Of a stretch of 63,473 nt of DNA, positions 12,611 to 25,490 are shown piece by piece (position 1 is the first letter of the stretch; each line of letters begins with the position of its first letter). The translations under genes were made by a program, and so were the position numbers. The DNA comes from Selaginella moellendorffii (taxonomy: Eukaryota > Plantae > Lycopodiophyta). Below the pieces are notes generated by a model that was not told where the DNA came from, searched no databases, and saw only the letters and a list, made by a program, of their open reading frames with translations. The stretch spans positions 1,292,416 to 1,355,888 of the forward strand of contig NW_003314294.1 of the NCBI RefSeq assembly GCF_000143415.4, given 5' to 3'.

Positions 12611-14476
12611 ATGCAGATGCTCAAAAAGCTCCAGCAGCTGGATGCGTATCCCAAGATCAATGAGGACTTCCACAGCCGCACGCTGTCCGGGGGAGTCATC
12701 ACTGTTGTCTCCTCCATTTTCATGGCGATCCTCTTCATCACGGAGCTTAGTACGTGGTCTTTTGTATCAATTGCTCGTTCTATGGATCACGTTTGGCTTT
12801 GGCTTTGTAGAATTGTTTCTTCTTCCGGGTACCACGAGCGAGCTCTTGGTCGATACATCTCGAGGAGAGACCTTGCAAATCAATGTAAGAAAGGAAATTT
12901 CTCCGCAAGGGAAAATAAAATCCCACTACGCTGACGGGTGATTCTATGACAGTTTGATATCACCTTTCCGGCTCTAGCGTGCTCGGTTATTAGTCTGGAT
13001 GCGATGGACGTTAGTGGAGAACAACACTTGGACGTGGTATGTTATCAGTCAAGAGCATTTTTTTCTTCTTTATCAATCCTTGTTCTTGCTTGCAGAAACA
13101 TAACATATTTAAGAAGAGATTAGATCCCTCGGGAAAGGTCGTTCAGCCTCCAGTCCAGGAAGATATCGGTGGTCCAAAGGTAAATTGATTTCCTTCGAGT
13201 TTTCTCGACCTTAACATTCGATTGTTGCTAGATTGATAAACCACTCCAAAAACATGGTGGAAGGCTAGAGCATAACGAAACGTACTGTGGTTCCTGTTTT
13301 GGTGCCGAGCAAGTAAGCTAAGGTATCGCCATATCGTATGGCTACTAACTCGTCCTGCTTCCATCAGTCAGATGATGAGTGCTGTAATAGCTGCGAAGAG
13401 GTCCGGGAAGCGTACCGAAAACGAGGTTGGGCAATACACAATGCCGATTTGATTGACCAGGTGCACTAAGTGAACTAAGGAGTTTGCAGTTTTCGTTTTT
13501 CCTTGTCTGGCCTTGTGTCTGAGATCTAACAAAAACAACGCAGTGTAAACGCGAGGGGTGGCTTACAAAGATCAAGGAAGAAGAAGGGGAGGGATGCAAT
13601 ATCTATGGGTCCTTGGAGGTGAACAAGGTTGCCGGGAACTTTCATTTTGCTCCTGGCAAGAGCTTTTCACAACAACATGTGCACGTCCATGACGTTCAGT
13701 CCCTTCACAAGGAGAAATTCAATGTAAGCTATGGTGCTGTTACGTTTTTTATGCAGCGTTCTTTCTTCTTGCAGGTCAGCCATTACATCAACGAGCTTAG
13801 CTTTGGCGCTCGGTTTCCAGGAGTTGTGAACCCTCTTGACAAGTAAGCGGGGTCGTGTGACAAGTAAGACTTTTTTTTAATCTTTGAATGAGTTGCAGAG
13901 AGAAGCGCATTCAAAAGTTTCCATCCGCTATGTACCAATATTTCATCAAGGTATAGCTCTTTGTCATTTTTGTTTCCCTCGTTGCAACTCTCTTTTACCA
14001 GGTGGTTCCGACTGCGTACACGGATATGACCGGGCACAAGATTGTCACAAACCAGGTCATAGTTTCTTCTTTGTCCTTTCTAGATGCGAAGGTATTAACA
14101 GCGATTTGCTTCAGTTCTCAGTAACAGATCATTTCAAGGCAGTAGAAGGTTTAAATGGTCGTTCGTTGCCTGGAGTTTTCTTCTTTTACGAGCTCTCGCC
14201 TATCAAGGTTCGTCAAAGATCTGTGGCCATTCTTCGTAACTTGATATGTACCCGCAGGTTTTGTTTACTGAGAGAAAGACATCCTTCCTTCACTTTCTCA
14301 CAAACGTCTGTGCCATCATCGGAGGTAAGTCATCCCCTCGTTGCTGCATTCCAAGATCTAATTGAGTGTGGCTGGGGTTGACAGGGGTTTTCACTGTCTC
14401 TGGCATCATCGACTCGTTCATCTACCATGGACATCGGGCAATAAAGAAAAAGATGGAGATTGGCAAATATATATGA
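12611..14476 (+). CDS. ERGIC3: ER-Golgi intermediate compartment protein 3 (ERGIC3/Erv46), multi-exon
   Basis: LDAYPKINEDF, TLSGG, YCGSCFGA, CCNSCEEVREAY, VNKVAGNFHFAPG, LPGVFFFYELSPIK and C-terminal KKKMEIGKYI*. A reverse telo-box lies at 12567-12574. Confidence 0.95.
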
Positions 14477-15759
14477 GAAAAACATTGCATAGCTTTTCCA
14501 TTCAAAGGTTTTGTTCTGTCTCTCCAGCAACAGTGGCGAACTCAAAGCATCACAATCAAATACAGTTTCAAAAGTCTGTCATTTGGTGTTCCACGCGTTC
14601 CGCGATGGAGCTTGTTTGTTTTGGCGTCGAATGGCTTGAAAGAGCCCGCTTGTGCCTGGGCGTCAAGATCAAAGGTCCGAGCTATGTTTGCATCGTTGGA
14701 GAGAGAGGAGGGGAACGATTTCAGTCCAGGGGTGTTGCAGCCAACAGGGAGGAGTTCGTGCCCGTCTCTTGCTTTAATCATTAAAATTAAAACCACAGCA
14801 AACCACTCTCAATTTCAAGTCGCCGGCTACAATAGAATGCAGTCACTGTACATCAACTTTGAAGTTGCTGTGCAAGCGCTGTCAGCCTGCACCTGCAGGT
14901 AGAAACACTTCAGAAGCGTGAAGGCATGAAGGATCGAACCATACATCGGAAGTGATTATCCTTCTTGATTCTTGATGGCTGCTGTCATTCATTCATTCAT
15001 CCCCATGAGAAGCATGAGACTGAGGGATTTAAGAAAGCTATAAGTTAAGTTCGTTCGCATGCTATCTTCGTAGTGGGGAGTTTGCTCTGCACTTACCTCC
15101 CTTCAGCCTTGGTACAGTTATTTGGACGATTGTTCACTGTTTAGCCTGTGTCAGCACTTCCATGAGTTTGAGTCACGATTTCTTGCCTAGTGATCTTCAT
15201 ATCACAAAGGAGAAAAGTTGTGTTGCCCATGCAGTGCCTTCGAGGATTATGTGTGCTGCTGAGCTCCATAGTCTCCCTGGATGGGACCAGCGAAACTGTG
15301 TATACATAATAAATCAGGACGTGTTCGATGTCTTCCACTCGTTCAACTCACTTGGATCCTGGGCTGCATTCTCCATCCTAGTTCCACAGAGCCAATATTA
15401 CTCTGGTTACATGATAGAGTTAATGCGTGTGTTTTCAGACCCCGATCCAGTGGCAGTATTGGTGAGTGTTGCTTGAAGAGGGACTTTGGGAAGATCAAAG
15501 AAGAGATGTTGGAGGATAGAGTTCCTCTATATCTAGGACCACTTGTGGGATGAATGGTCTCAGGTGGGTGGGCGGTTGAGTTGAACTCATGTTAGCTTAA
15601 CTCGGCATAAATCGACAAAAGTCAATACATTAGAAGTTTTATAAATTTGAAAAAATAATTATTCTTGCGAACTTTAAAGTACTTGGGTTTGGGTTGAAAG
15701 TTTTTACTAGATTAAATTGTTTAGAAAAGTCAAAGTCCTATCTTAATGCAATTCATTGA

Positions 15760-17730
15760 ATCAAGAGAGAATATTTTGACAACTAGCAATTATTAATGTA
15801 TGTTGGTTAAAGCAATATATATTTATATATTATTCTTTCATTTGAAAGATTTTTCTAAGGTTCTTAAGAAGATAAGAAGCAATAAAAACTAAAAATTTAA
15901 GTCATACATTTATACCTCATAACATCCCCTCCTCTTGGAATGATAAAAGACTATCAAGATTCTTTCATAAATGAGCCAGGATCTGAAGGAACATCGAAAG
16001 GAGGTATTGATGGATTTGTAGGTGGTGTTAGTTATTCTTGATCCCTTTGTACAAAACATTTCAATTGTTGCATATGCATAATTTTTAGAGGATTGACTTA
16101 TTGGACAAACATTATAAACTTGAGGTTTAACTTACTTCAACAACCAATATGGTCCTTTCCATTGAGCAAGGAGCCTTTTAGATAAATTATGTATTATAAG
16201 ATTGGGAAAATGAGCTAACACCAAATCATCCAAATTGTACATTATAAGTAGACAATAATGGGAGTTGTAGCATCATTGTTGTCCCACTTGTATAAGGCCT
16301 AGGTGTTCAACAAATTTTGCTCAGACAAGTAGAAGAACATTTGTCAAATATTGATCCCACAACCTAGTATTGGTAGTTTGTAACAATTATGAAGGTAAAC
16401 CCAACTCTGCTAGTAGTATTGGATTATGACCATATAAAAGTTTATATGGTGAAACATTAATAGAACTTTACACCCTTATGACATATACATACCGAAAAAA
16501 TGGCAAATAACCATTTCAATCCGAATGTTGAAAGTTCACGTACTTTATAATTATCCCTTTGAAGGTTTGAAGGAGCCATTTCACCAAATTGTCTGATTGT
16601 GGATAATAAATACTTGTGAAAGTGTAATATATCCCCATTAGAGACATCAAAACATGAAATGCTTCAATTATATTATCCGAAAGAATCTATTCTAGATAGG
16701 AATGTTGGAATACCATTTGATTGAGTAGGAAGTATCTAATAGCAATTGCAAACACACTAACAAAAACACCAACTTCCACCTAGTGAGTCGAGTGCTAACA
16801 ATTGATCGTGAAAAAGGCCCTATCAAATCAAATGCCATAAACTCAAATAGATGGGAAACTATAATTGACTCTAACCATCCTTCCACAACATGAAAGGGAA
16901 TATTATGAGTTTGGCATGAAGTGCAGCTATGTATATACCAAATAACATTACGTCGCATCTTCGGCCAATAGAATGATCTATACAGCTTCTCAATCACATG
17001 ACAATATCTGATATGCTTGAATCATAGTAGGTATGGAGAAAGAGTAAAATAAAGATTGAAGGCACTACTAGCCATAAATGATCATTAAGATCCATCCCCA
17101 TAAAATAAAAAAGATTGTGTTCAAAGTAATATTAAGAATATAAATGTCGAAGTGGTAAGTCATCAATAAGTGATGTAGAATTTTCAAACCCATTGCAAAG
17201 CCTTTAAATCCATGGCTCAATATTTCCTCGTTGTGAGAAGGTAAATCTTGCTTTGCACCTTGTGAATACTAAATATCAAGTACATCAACTATTAATAGTA
17301 CAGAATCCTCATCTAAAAAATCCATAGATGCTGTCATAAAAAACAAAGAAAATCTCGAGAAAGGGCATTAATATCAGCCATAGAATTCCCTAGGCGATGA
17401 ACAACATCAAAATCATATATCTAAAGCTTTAAAGTCTACCAAGCAATATGACCAACCAAGTTCTTCCACTTTAATAATGAGGTAACTACAACATGATTAA
17501 CTTTTAGTAATGTTCGAGAACTACATAAATATACATGAAGTTTTTTTAAACCAAATTGTTATTAAACACTCTTTCTCTGTTATGGAATAGTTCATCTCTA
17601 TTAGTTATAATATATGGTTGATATATGTAATAGGATGATGCTGACCAAGAACACTCAGACTCTCTTGCATCAACATACCTCCAAGACCGATATCAAAAGC
17701 ATCCATGTGCAAAATGAAAGGTTAAGTGTA
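15760..17730 (-). mobile_element. Degenerate Ty3/gypsy fragment (RNase H-integrase-PPT-LTR), family E
   Basis: YWPKMRRNV..CTSCQ and FDLIGPF integrase remnants; reverse-complement PPT (CCCCTCCTCTT) at ~15926; colinear with 38755-41098. The left boundary is approximate. Confidence 0.8.
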
Positions 17731-18754
17731 TGTAAGGGATTAATTTTTCCATTCTACTTTAGTCACTTAACCACACATTTGACCACTTAGAGGAGCCTCA
17801 TTTACAACCTTTATAAGTCATATTCCAGGCTTGGGGACTTGTTAGCTCCGAGAATAGCATCCACGCCACTCAACCTTTGCACTTGGTCCAAATGCTTCAC
17901 GTGTCCAATCCCATTACTGACACCCCAAAGTACCACTGACATATTAGCCCATTACGCTAAGGCCATGCCCATTCACCTTGATCACATCAGTGGTCCAACA
18001 CCACCTATATCACAGTCCCGTCTCTCAAAGAGTGAGCCACCCATCCATAAGTGATCATCCTAGATCCACTCCTTAACATCCTTAAGATGCTCGCAGACAT
18101 GGGGAATGGCTTTCCTTAATGTCTCTTTTTTAGTCCCCACCTAATCCCTTTCTGTCTATGGCCGTGTTCGCCAACACTGCCACTAGATCAAAGCCCATAG
18201 GCCCGACCACTAAGTCCCCTTGTTCTTTAGGACTTCTTTGTCATGTGACCACATCCTTGGTCACTACTCTAGAGGATTGGTCCTCTTCCTTTCTAATATT
18301 TGGGACTTTGGGACAACATTTCTGAATACCATGGCCTTATGTGAGCCTCGTGGGTACCCTCCCCACCTTTCGCCTTTGGGTGCTCTAGCTATGGGCTTAG
18401 AGTGAGGTTTTGTTAAGCCACGCCAGGTATCCAAGTAGGTAGTGCCACCCATACTTGGACTGGGAGCATCAACTATTTAATCTCCCGAGGGAATTAAAGC
18501 CAGCTCTTGAACGCTTTACCAAGCTACCTACTTGTCGGTTTGTATTCACTTTAGTCTTGGACTTCCCAATGGTTAACTCATCACCCAACACCTGGGTACA
18601 GCCTTCCTGGGCCAAACTGGCCTTTCCTGGCTAGACTGGCTCCACTGGGCTCCAACCCCCACACTCTCCCTACTATACTTTTGAAACCCCCTACAGCCCC
18701 CCCCCCCCCCCAAGGGACGATCGCTTTAGGCTTTCACCCAATAGCTTATATTAG

Positions 18755-19100
18755 TATTCGGACTCAAACTTGGATTTGGACTCGGACTTGGACTCAGTCT
18801 TGGTCTCAGTCTCGGTCTTGATTCCATCTCGGACTCCATCTCGAGTCCATCTCAGACTCCATCTCGGGTCCATCCAAACTCCATCTTGGGTCCATCTCGG
18901 GTCCATCTTGGACTCCATCTTGGGTACATCTTGGACTCCATCTCGAACTCCATCTTGGGTCCATCTCGGGTCCATCTTGAACTCCATCTTGGGTCCATCT
19001 TAGACTCCATCTCGGGTTTATCCTCAAGTCCATCTCGGACTCCATCTTGGACTCCATCTCAAACTCCATCTCGGGTCCATCTCAGACTCTATCTCAAACT
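18755..19100. repeat. 12-bp tandem array (GRACTCCATCTY / GGGTCCATCTY) inside the family A LTR
   Basis: Visible tandem CTCCATCTCGG-type units; these generate spurious repetitive ORFs. Confidence 0.9.
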
Positions 19101-21856
19101 CTTCCACGTGTCATGTGTTGGTCCTCTTATGTCCCTTTTCTAGGGACTCACGTATTGGTCACTTCATGCTTGTTCCTCAAGCGTTTCATTGGGAGTTCCA
19201 CTCCCGCTCTCAATCTTTCAAGTCGGAATTTTTAGTCCAAACGTGTTATACTCATTTGGCTTTCACTTCGGCCACTACCACGTGGCACCCTTTTGGCTCC
19301 ACTTTGGGGCTTAGGGATTTGTGTCTCACAACTCCACCACCCATAAACAAAGTTTGATGTCTTTATCAAAAAATAAACCATTTTATAAAGTAATATTAGC
19401 ATGTATTACTCTTTCCATCCTTAGCACTTAGTCAATATTCGTCAATGGTTTGACACCGAAGGCTCACCAAGCCTTGTCCATCTTTTAAGGAGTATAGTTT
19501 CTCCAACTTAGAGACTCATTTGACTATTTGTGGTGGTTCTCTCCTTTTATTGGTTTAGTCCTTGTTAAACCTGTTAGAGACACCTTCTTTATCTTAATTC
19601 CACTACTCATTCTCAAGTAGTTTTAATTTCCATTGATATAACCTTTGCACTTTGAAACTTTTATTTTTGATTCTCGGAGTCAATTTCCTGATGTCTCTGA
19701 CACCTTGCATTGCACATATTGTGCAACTCCACTTTTCCATTCTAGAAAGTTCTATACTTGAGGGCACCATCATCCTCTTTTTTATTTCGTGCCACTTTAG
19801 GCACTAAGTTCTAGTTATCATAATTTGTGTTAGGGCTATCCATGGCCCTATCATTTGACTACCTTACTGTGCCCTCCTTTGGAACTTCCACTTTCGCCAA
19901 ATTGAAACAATTGGGAATCCATCCTTGGAAATATATTGTCTTTCTTACAATCCGTTAGCACCCAATACATTAGTATTTCTGGCTTAATTTTGCCATTTTG
20001 ATTCTTTCCCATGATTCTTATAGCTCTTTTCTTAGCCATTAGTCTTTTGCTCTTATCTTTGATCATTGCACCTAACAACATAAGATGGTTACCTCCATTC
20101 TCGCAGTATCTTTTCAGTTCCATAGCCAAGACTTTGCTTTGCGAAGTCTAGAGGGTGTTCACCCCTAGTACGTCTCTTTAGCATTTTCTACTATAAGCTC
20201 TATTCATGGCTTAATTGTGTGACCTTCCTATGGGTCTTTTATAAAAACTACTTTTTTCAAACTCACTATGCTATTGCTTTAACACAGCTCATTTCCCTTA
20301 GGTGTTCTTCCCACTTGGTCACTTTGCCCAAGCCATACCATCATCAATAGTTCAAATCAATGCTTTGAACTAAGAATTTTATTCCTTAACCTCATAAGGA
20401 TTTTGCCCTTGTTTTAGCCATAAAATCACCTAGTGATTTAACCTCGGCACCTTAACAAGTTTGCCAATAGGTACTAAGTCTTCTAAACCATTAAGTTGTT
20501 GATCATGACCTTGGGGGCATCCCCCACACTTGGCGGTGTGCCCAAGTTAGTGCTTCCGACCAAGGGTTTATAGCAACTAAGACTGGGTGTCCTTATCTCA
20601 TTCACCACGTCTTTAGGGCCATTTGCACCAAAGTGTTCAAGTTAGATATATCGAGCTTTCACACTAAACAATCTAACCGTGTATCACAACTCCAGGGCAT
20701 CCCCCGCTTGGCTGTATGCCCAAGCTAGTCTCTTTACTAAGAGTCCATGACCACTGAAAAATGAGTGTCCTCATATTCCAAACTATCATCGCGCCCTAGT
20801 GAGTTGGGACTCAAACCCAAGCACTAAAGGGTCGAAACTCGAACTCAACCTTTGTATATGCATCTACGGACGACATCACATAGGATGCCTGGCATGACTC
20901 CCCACATCGATGCACTAACTTATATTTAAAGTATGTTACAGATCACAGTTTAGGAACTTAATTTTTTTGCATTACCAAGTCCTCTCACTTAACATGTCTA
21001 TGATCTTGCATATGCTTAACCTCATAGGCCACCCCTTTTAAAGTTAGCACCTTCAACTAAAGTATTTGATCCTTTGACTTGTCAATCTCATTTAACAAGT
21101 CATATGGCCACCATAACATGGTTCATGCATAAGCATGAAAGTCCTTAATTATTGACTTTCATTTAAAGCCCTTTCTTTGAACACTCAGGAACTACTTCCC
21201 TAACCTTGATAGCCTCATCTCATAGCAAGCTTCAAGACCACAATTTTGCTATGCCATTCTAATTTTGCACGTTCTATGAACCATTTACACTTGGCTTTCT
21301 AGGTATCAAGATATTTAGAATTGTCTTTGGGAACCTTGAAGGAACTCTGTCCTTTAGCTTGTTAATGCCTCTTCTTTCGTAAGCTTTCGAATTACCATAT
21401 GGTCTAACAGGGACAATTCCATGCTTTAAACTCTCCATGGCATCATAGTTGCTAGTAACAACATGCTCAAACACCCACTTGATTCTCCACTCTCAACTTG
21501 TATAACCACTATTGGTTATGCTTGTTAATTCCTATGGTTCGGTTCTATCCTTTTACTACTTACTTTTGGCCTCACATATTCCTAGGGAATGGTTCCTCAA
21601 TCTGGGCATACTCACCTTATAATCCCATTCACCGGGATTAATGTTGCTACTTATGAGTCTTTATATGCTCATTAGTAGCCTTGCCAAAATCCTATTTTTA
21701 CCTTTGTCTAATTCAGGTAGACAGGCTTTTCCCGTTTTCGCAACCTTGGATGTTTAGATAGCACCTCCTTGTAAGGAACAAACTTGCCGAGGTGTCGTAG
21801 GCTAAAGGAACCCCGAAAGCATGACCAAATGACAAAGAGTTCATCGGATGGGACCA

Positions 21857-22130
21857 AGTCGAAGATCGAGTCTAAGACTGACTCTAGGACCGAGTTCGAG
21901 ATAGGGTCCGGAATCGAGTCCGAGACCGACTCGGGGACCGAGTTCGAGTCCGAGTTCGAGACCGAGTTCGAGACGGAGTCCGAGATCTGAAATCGGGTCC
22001 GAGACCGAGTCCGAGGTCGAGTCTGAGGTCGGGTCCGAGATCGGGTCCGAGATCGAGTCCGAGATCGAGTCCGAGACCGAATCCGAAGTCGGATCCGAAA
22101 TCGGGTCCGAGATCGAGCCAGAGACTAAGT
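21857..22130. repeat. CG-rich 6-bp tandem array (GAGTCC/GAGATC/GAGACC) in the B/C LTR; also ~26365-26640 and ~43975-44250
   Basis: Directly visible hexamer periodicity. Confidence 0.9.
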
Positions 22131-22979
22131 CCAAATACTAATACGGGTCAAGGGGTGAAAGCCCAAAGCGTGCGTCTCCCAGGGGGGGGGGGGGGCTGCA
22201 AGGGGTTCCAAAAGTATAGTAGGGATAGTGAGGTCCAGGAACCAGTTTAGAAGGGACTCTCCAGTAGGGCTCCCAAACTGACTTGAGGTTGGGACTGGGA
22301 CTGAGGGGCCTTGGGTGGGAGTGAGCATGGACTTGGTTGGTGCTGGAGGGGCCATCCACGGAAGTGCTCGAGAGCAGCTCCCACTCCCGAAAGGGAAATT
22401 GATTGCGGTGCTCCCGGCTCATGTGGAGTGGTGCCCCACTTGAGTACCATGTGGCTCATTGGTCCTCGCCCTTCCTAGGGGCTTGGGCCTTCCTTCGGGA
22501 TGGAAGTGGGGGGGTAGAGGTACCCATACCGGGCCGCTAGGCCACGGTGTTTCGCCCCGGTGTCCCGAAGCAAGTGTTGCACTCAAGACTTGGGATTTAG
22601 AGGGTCCCATGATCAAGTCTTGTGGTACCAAGGGATGTTAGGAACCTGGAAGCTTGGTGTGCTTGGCTGCTTGTGCTTGCGGGGAGTGTAGCCGAACCTT
22701 AAGTCCAGTCTAGCCCGGGGAGGGGGATTGGGAGTGATTTGGGAATCCGTGGATGGATGGCTAACACTCCGTTGCTCGTGCAGTGAGTAGCTGAAACCAA
22801 GTAGGAGCTGGTACCATAGGCGAGAACCTTGGCAAGGGGGACTTAGCAAAAGCCAAGGCAGTGTTGGACGGATAGACGAGGTAAGCTGGCAAATTGGAAA
22901 GGAAAAATTTGTGGCTTACAATTTGGTATCGGAGCCTTTTCCTCAGTTCTAGCGAAGGATAGAGGCGGATTGCTGGGAG

Positions 22980-23844
22980 ATGGCAAGGGCAGGGCGTAAG
23001 CGAACCCAAGCGGAGACGGAACCTCCGCCGGAGCTGGAGCCTCCGGTTGAACAAGAGGCTATGGATGAGGAATCCTTGCATGAGGAGGACTCTAGTGAGG
23101 AAACTTCCAAACAGGAGTCCGGTAGCAAGGTTCGGTCGTCCAAGGCTCGATTGGACGTGCTAGAAGGACAGTTGGCACAGACCAATGCCCTGCTGGAAAC
23201 TCTCGTACACAAACTAAAGCGTGACGAGAGGCGGAAGAAAAAGAGAAAGACTGCGGATGCTGGCAGCGCAGAAGGTGCGGACCTTTCGGCAGGGACTGAG
23301 GCAAAACCAGACAAGGTCGAACAGACCGAAGTAGAATCAGTCCCTGAGGCAGTTCCCAAGTACAAACCAAAGCCCCCACCGGTCTTCAAGGGAGTGAATG
23401 ACTATAAGGTGGTGGAGGATTGGTTTTACGATATGGAGGACTACTTCCGAGCGTTGCAATTACCGAGCTCGGAGAAGGTCCCATGTGCAAAACCATACTT
23501 GGCAGATAATGCCAAGTCTTGGTGGAGAACGACAGAGGCCAACGAAGGACCGGTGGCCACTTGGGACATGATGAAGGCGAGGATCCGCACAACATACGTG
23601 CCTCCGAATGCCACTCTGCATCTGAGAGATGAGCTGAGTAGGCTGAAGCAGACTGGAACCATCCAAGAATATATGAATGGGTTCATGGCAAAGAGGATAC
23701 TTGTCACGAACATGGGGGATATGGATGCGTTCCATGCCTTCATATCAGGTTTGCAAACCTGGCTCGCAGCGAGGTTACAGCGAGCATTTGGGCGTCCTCT
23801 GGTCGGGCGTCACTGCCGTCTGGAAACCCCGGGACCGCCCTTTT
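22980..23844 (+). CDS. Gag of element B (interrupted by the N gap)
   Basis: PPVFKG..VEDWF.DMEDYF, YLADNAKSWW, LKQTGTIQEY, FISGL are retrotransposon gag motifs. Confidence 0.9.
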
Positions 23845-24016
23845 NNNNNNNNNNNNNNNNNNNNNNNNNNNNNNNNNNNNNNNNNNNNNNNNNNNNNNNN
23901 NNNNNNNNNNNNNNNNNNNNNNNNNNNNNNNNNNNNNNNNNNNNNNNNNNNNNNNNNNNNNNNNNNNNNNNNNNNNNNNNNNNNNNNNNNNNNNNNNNNN
24001 NNNNNNNNNNNNNNNN
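23845..24016. other. Assembly gap (172 N); hides protease and RT of element B
   Basis: Run of N. The homologous interval in copy C is roughly 2 kb or more. Confidence 1.
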
Positions 24017-24974
24017 GGATTTTTCGCGGTGGTCAAGGCGCTCAAGGAGTGGCAACACTACCTTGGGAGACACTTCAAGGTTTACACGGACAATGTGGCA
24101 ACGAAACACTTCTTGTCACAGCCCGACCTGAGAGGGAAACAAGGTCGGTGGGCCAATGCCTTGGCCGAGTTTTATTGTGAGATTCTGTACAAGCCTGGGA
24201 AGAGCAACATCGTGGCAGATGCGCTAAGTCGAAAAGTGAGCTTGAGGTTGGCGATATCCAGCGCAACAGCAACCTTCTGGGACGATGTGCGGACAGCATA
24301 TGAGAACGATGGTCTAGCACAAGAAGTGTTGCTGAGAAATCTAGAGGCGCGGGAAGCTCACCAAAGAGGTGAGCTGCCAATGGAAGAGAAAACGGGCTAT
24401 GCGGAACGCAACGGACTCATCTATTACAAGCAAACGAGGGTGTATGTTCCAGAAGGGGAACTAAAGAAGGTAGCCTTAGAAGAGTGTCATGACGGACCTC
24501 TTGCGGGACACGGCGGAGTGCCCAAGACAATGGGCTTACTCAAGAGGAAGTACCATTGGCCAGATATGGCTAAGGACGTCCAAGACTATGTAAAGACATG
24601 TCCAACATATCAGCAGGTCAAAGCCATGACTAAGGCTAGTGGGGGCTTGTTGCAAAGCATCCCAATTCCAGATCGTCCGTGGAAATGTCTTACGATGGAC
24701 TTCATCACGGGACTTCCCCCAAGCGAGGGGTTTGATGCGATATTCGTGGTGGTGGACCGATTTTCAAAGATGGCACATTTCATACCCATCACAATGGAAG
24801 TGGATGCGGAAGGTGTGGTGAAGCTGTTCTTCGAACAAGTGGTTCGAGTGCGGGGGAGGCCAGAAGAGATTATCTTAGATCAAGATAAAATCTTCACCAG
24901 TAGGTTCTAGAGAACCCCCCTGGAACAGTATCGCACCAAGTTGAAATTCAGCACAGCCTATCACCCACAGACAG

Positions 24975-25020
24975 GTATGGGGTATTAAGTCAAGTTGATG
25001 GCACTAACACTTCTTGACAG
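24975..25020 (+). other. Putative spliceosomal intron 1 (46 nt) in element B integrase
   Basis: G|GTATGG...CACTAAC ACTTCTTGACAG|AC; removal restores HPQT-D-G(Q)TERVN. Confidence 0.88.
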
Positions 25021-25438
25021 ACGGATAAACGGAAAGGGTGAATAGGCAGCTGGAGGATTATTTGCGATGCTAAGTCTCAGGAGACCAGACCGATTGGGTA
25101 AGTCATTTGGGACTTGCGGAAATGTGTTATAACAACTCACCACATTCGAGCATTGGGGTGAGTCCATGGGAAGTCATCAATGGGCGAGCTATTGAAGGTC
25201 CTGTGGAACTCGGCGTGGCCGAGTATCATGGAGAGCTACCTGTAGTGGAGGCATTCACGGCGGAAAGACTCAACATTTGGAATCTAGTGAGGGATTCCTT
25301 GGAACGGGCTCAACAAAGGTAAACCAAGTACGCGAACCTAAAGCGTCGGGAGGTAGAGTTCCAAGCTGGGGAGAAGGTGTGGCTGAACACCAAGAACCTC
25401 AGGCTACCAAGTGGGATCAGCCGAAAGTTGACCCAAAG

Positions 25439-25490
25439 GTAAAAATGCATGTGTTCCTGTAAATGAATTGATCTTGAGTTCCTTAAGCAG
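25439..25490 (+). other. Putative spliceosomal intron 2 (52 nt) in element B integrase
   Basis: AG|GTAAAA...TTCCTTAAGCAG|G; removal restores KLTQR-FVGPY. Confidence 0.88.

Noticed and set aside
14542-15553. Possible minus-strand spliced gene downstream of ERGIC3
   Set aside because: Some splice-like signals, but no consistent frame or recognisable domain.
21784-22134. Repetitive ES/ET/DS ORFs (also 18751-19143, 26349-26642, 43969-44283); possible CRISPR-like arrays
   Set aside because: They are translations of 6- and 12-bp tandem repeats inside LTRs, with no unique spacers and no cas genes.
23677-24180. ORFs running through the N gap, and the odd sequence just before it
   Set aside because: Artefacts of translating N. 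The ~60 nt before the gap stop resembling gag and may be a low-quality read end.
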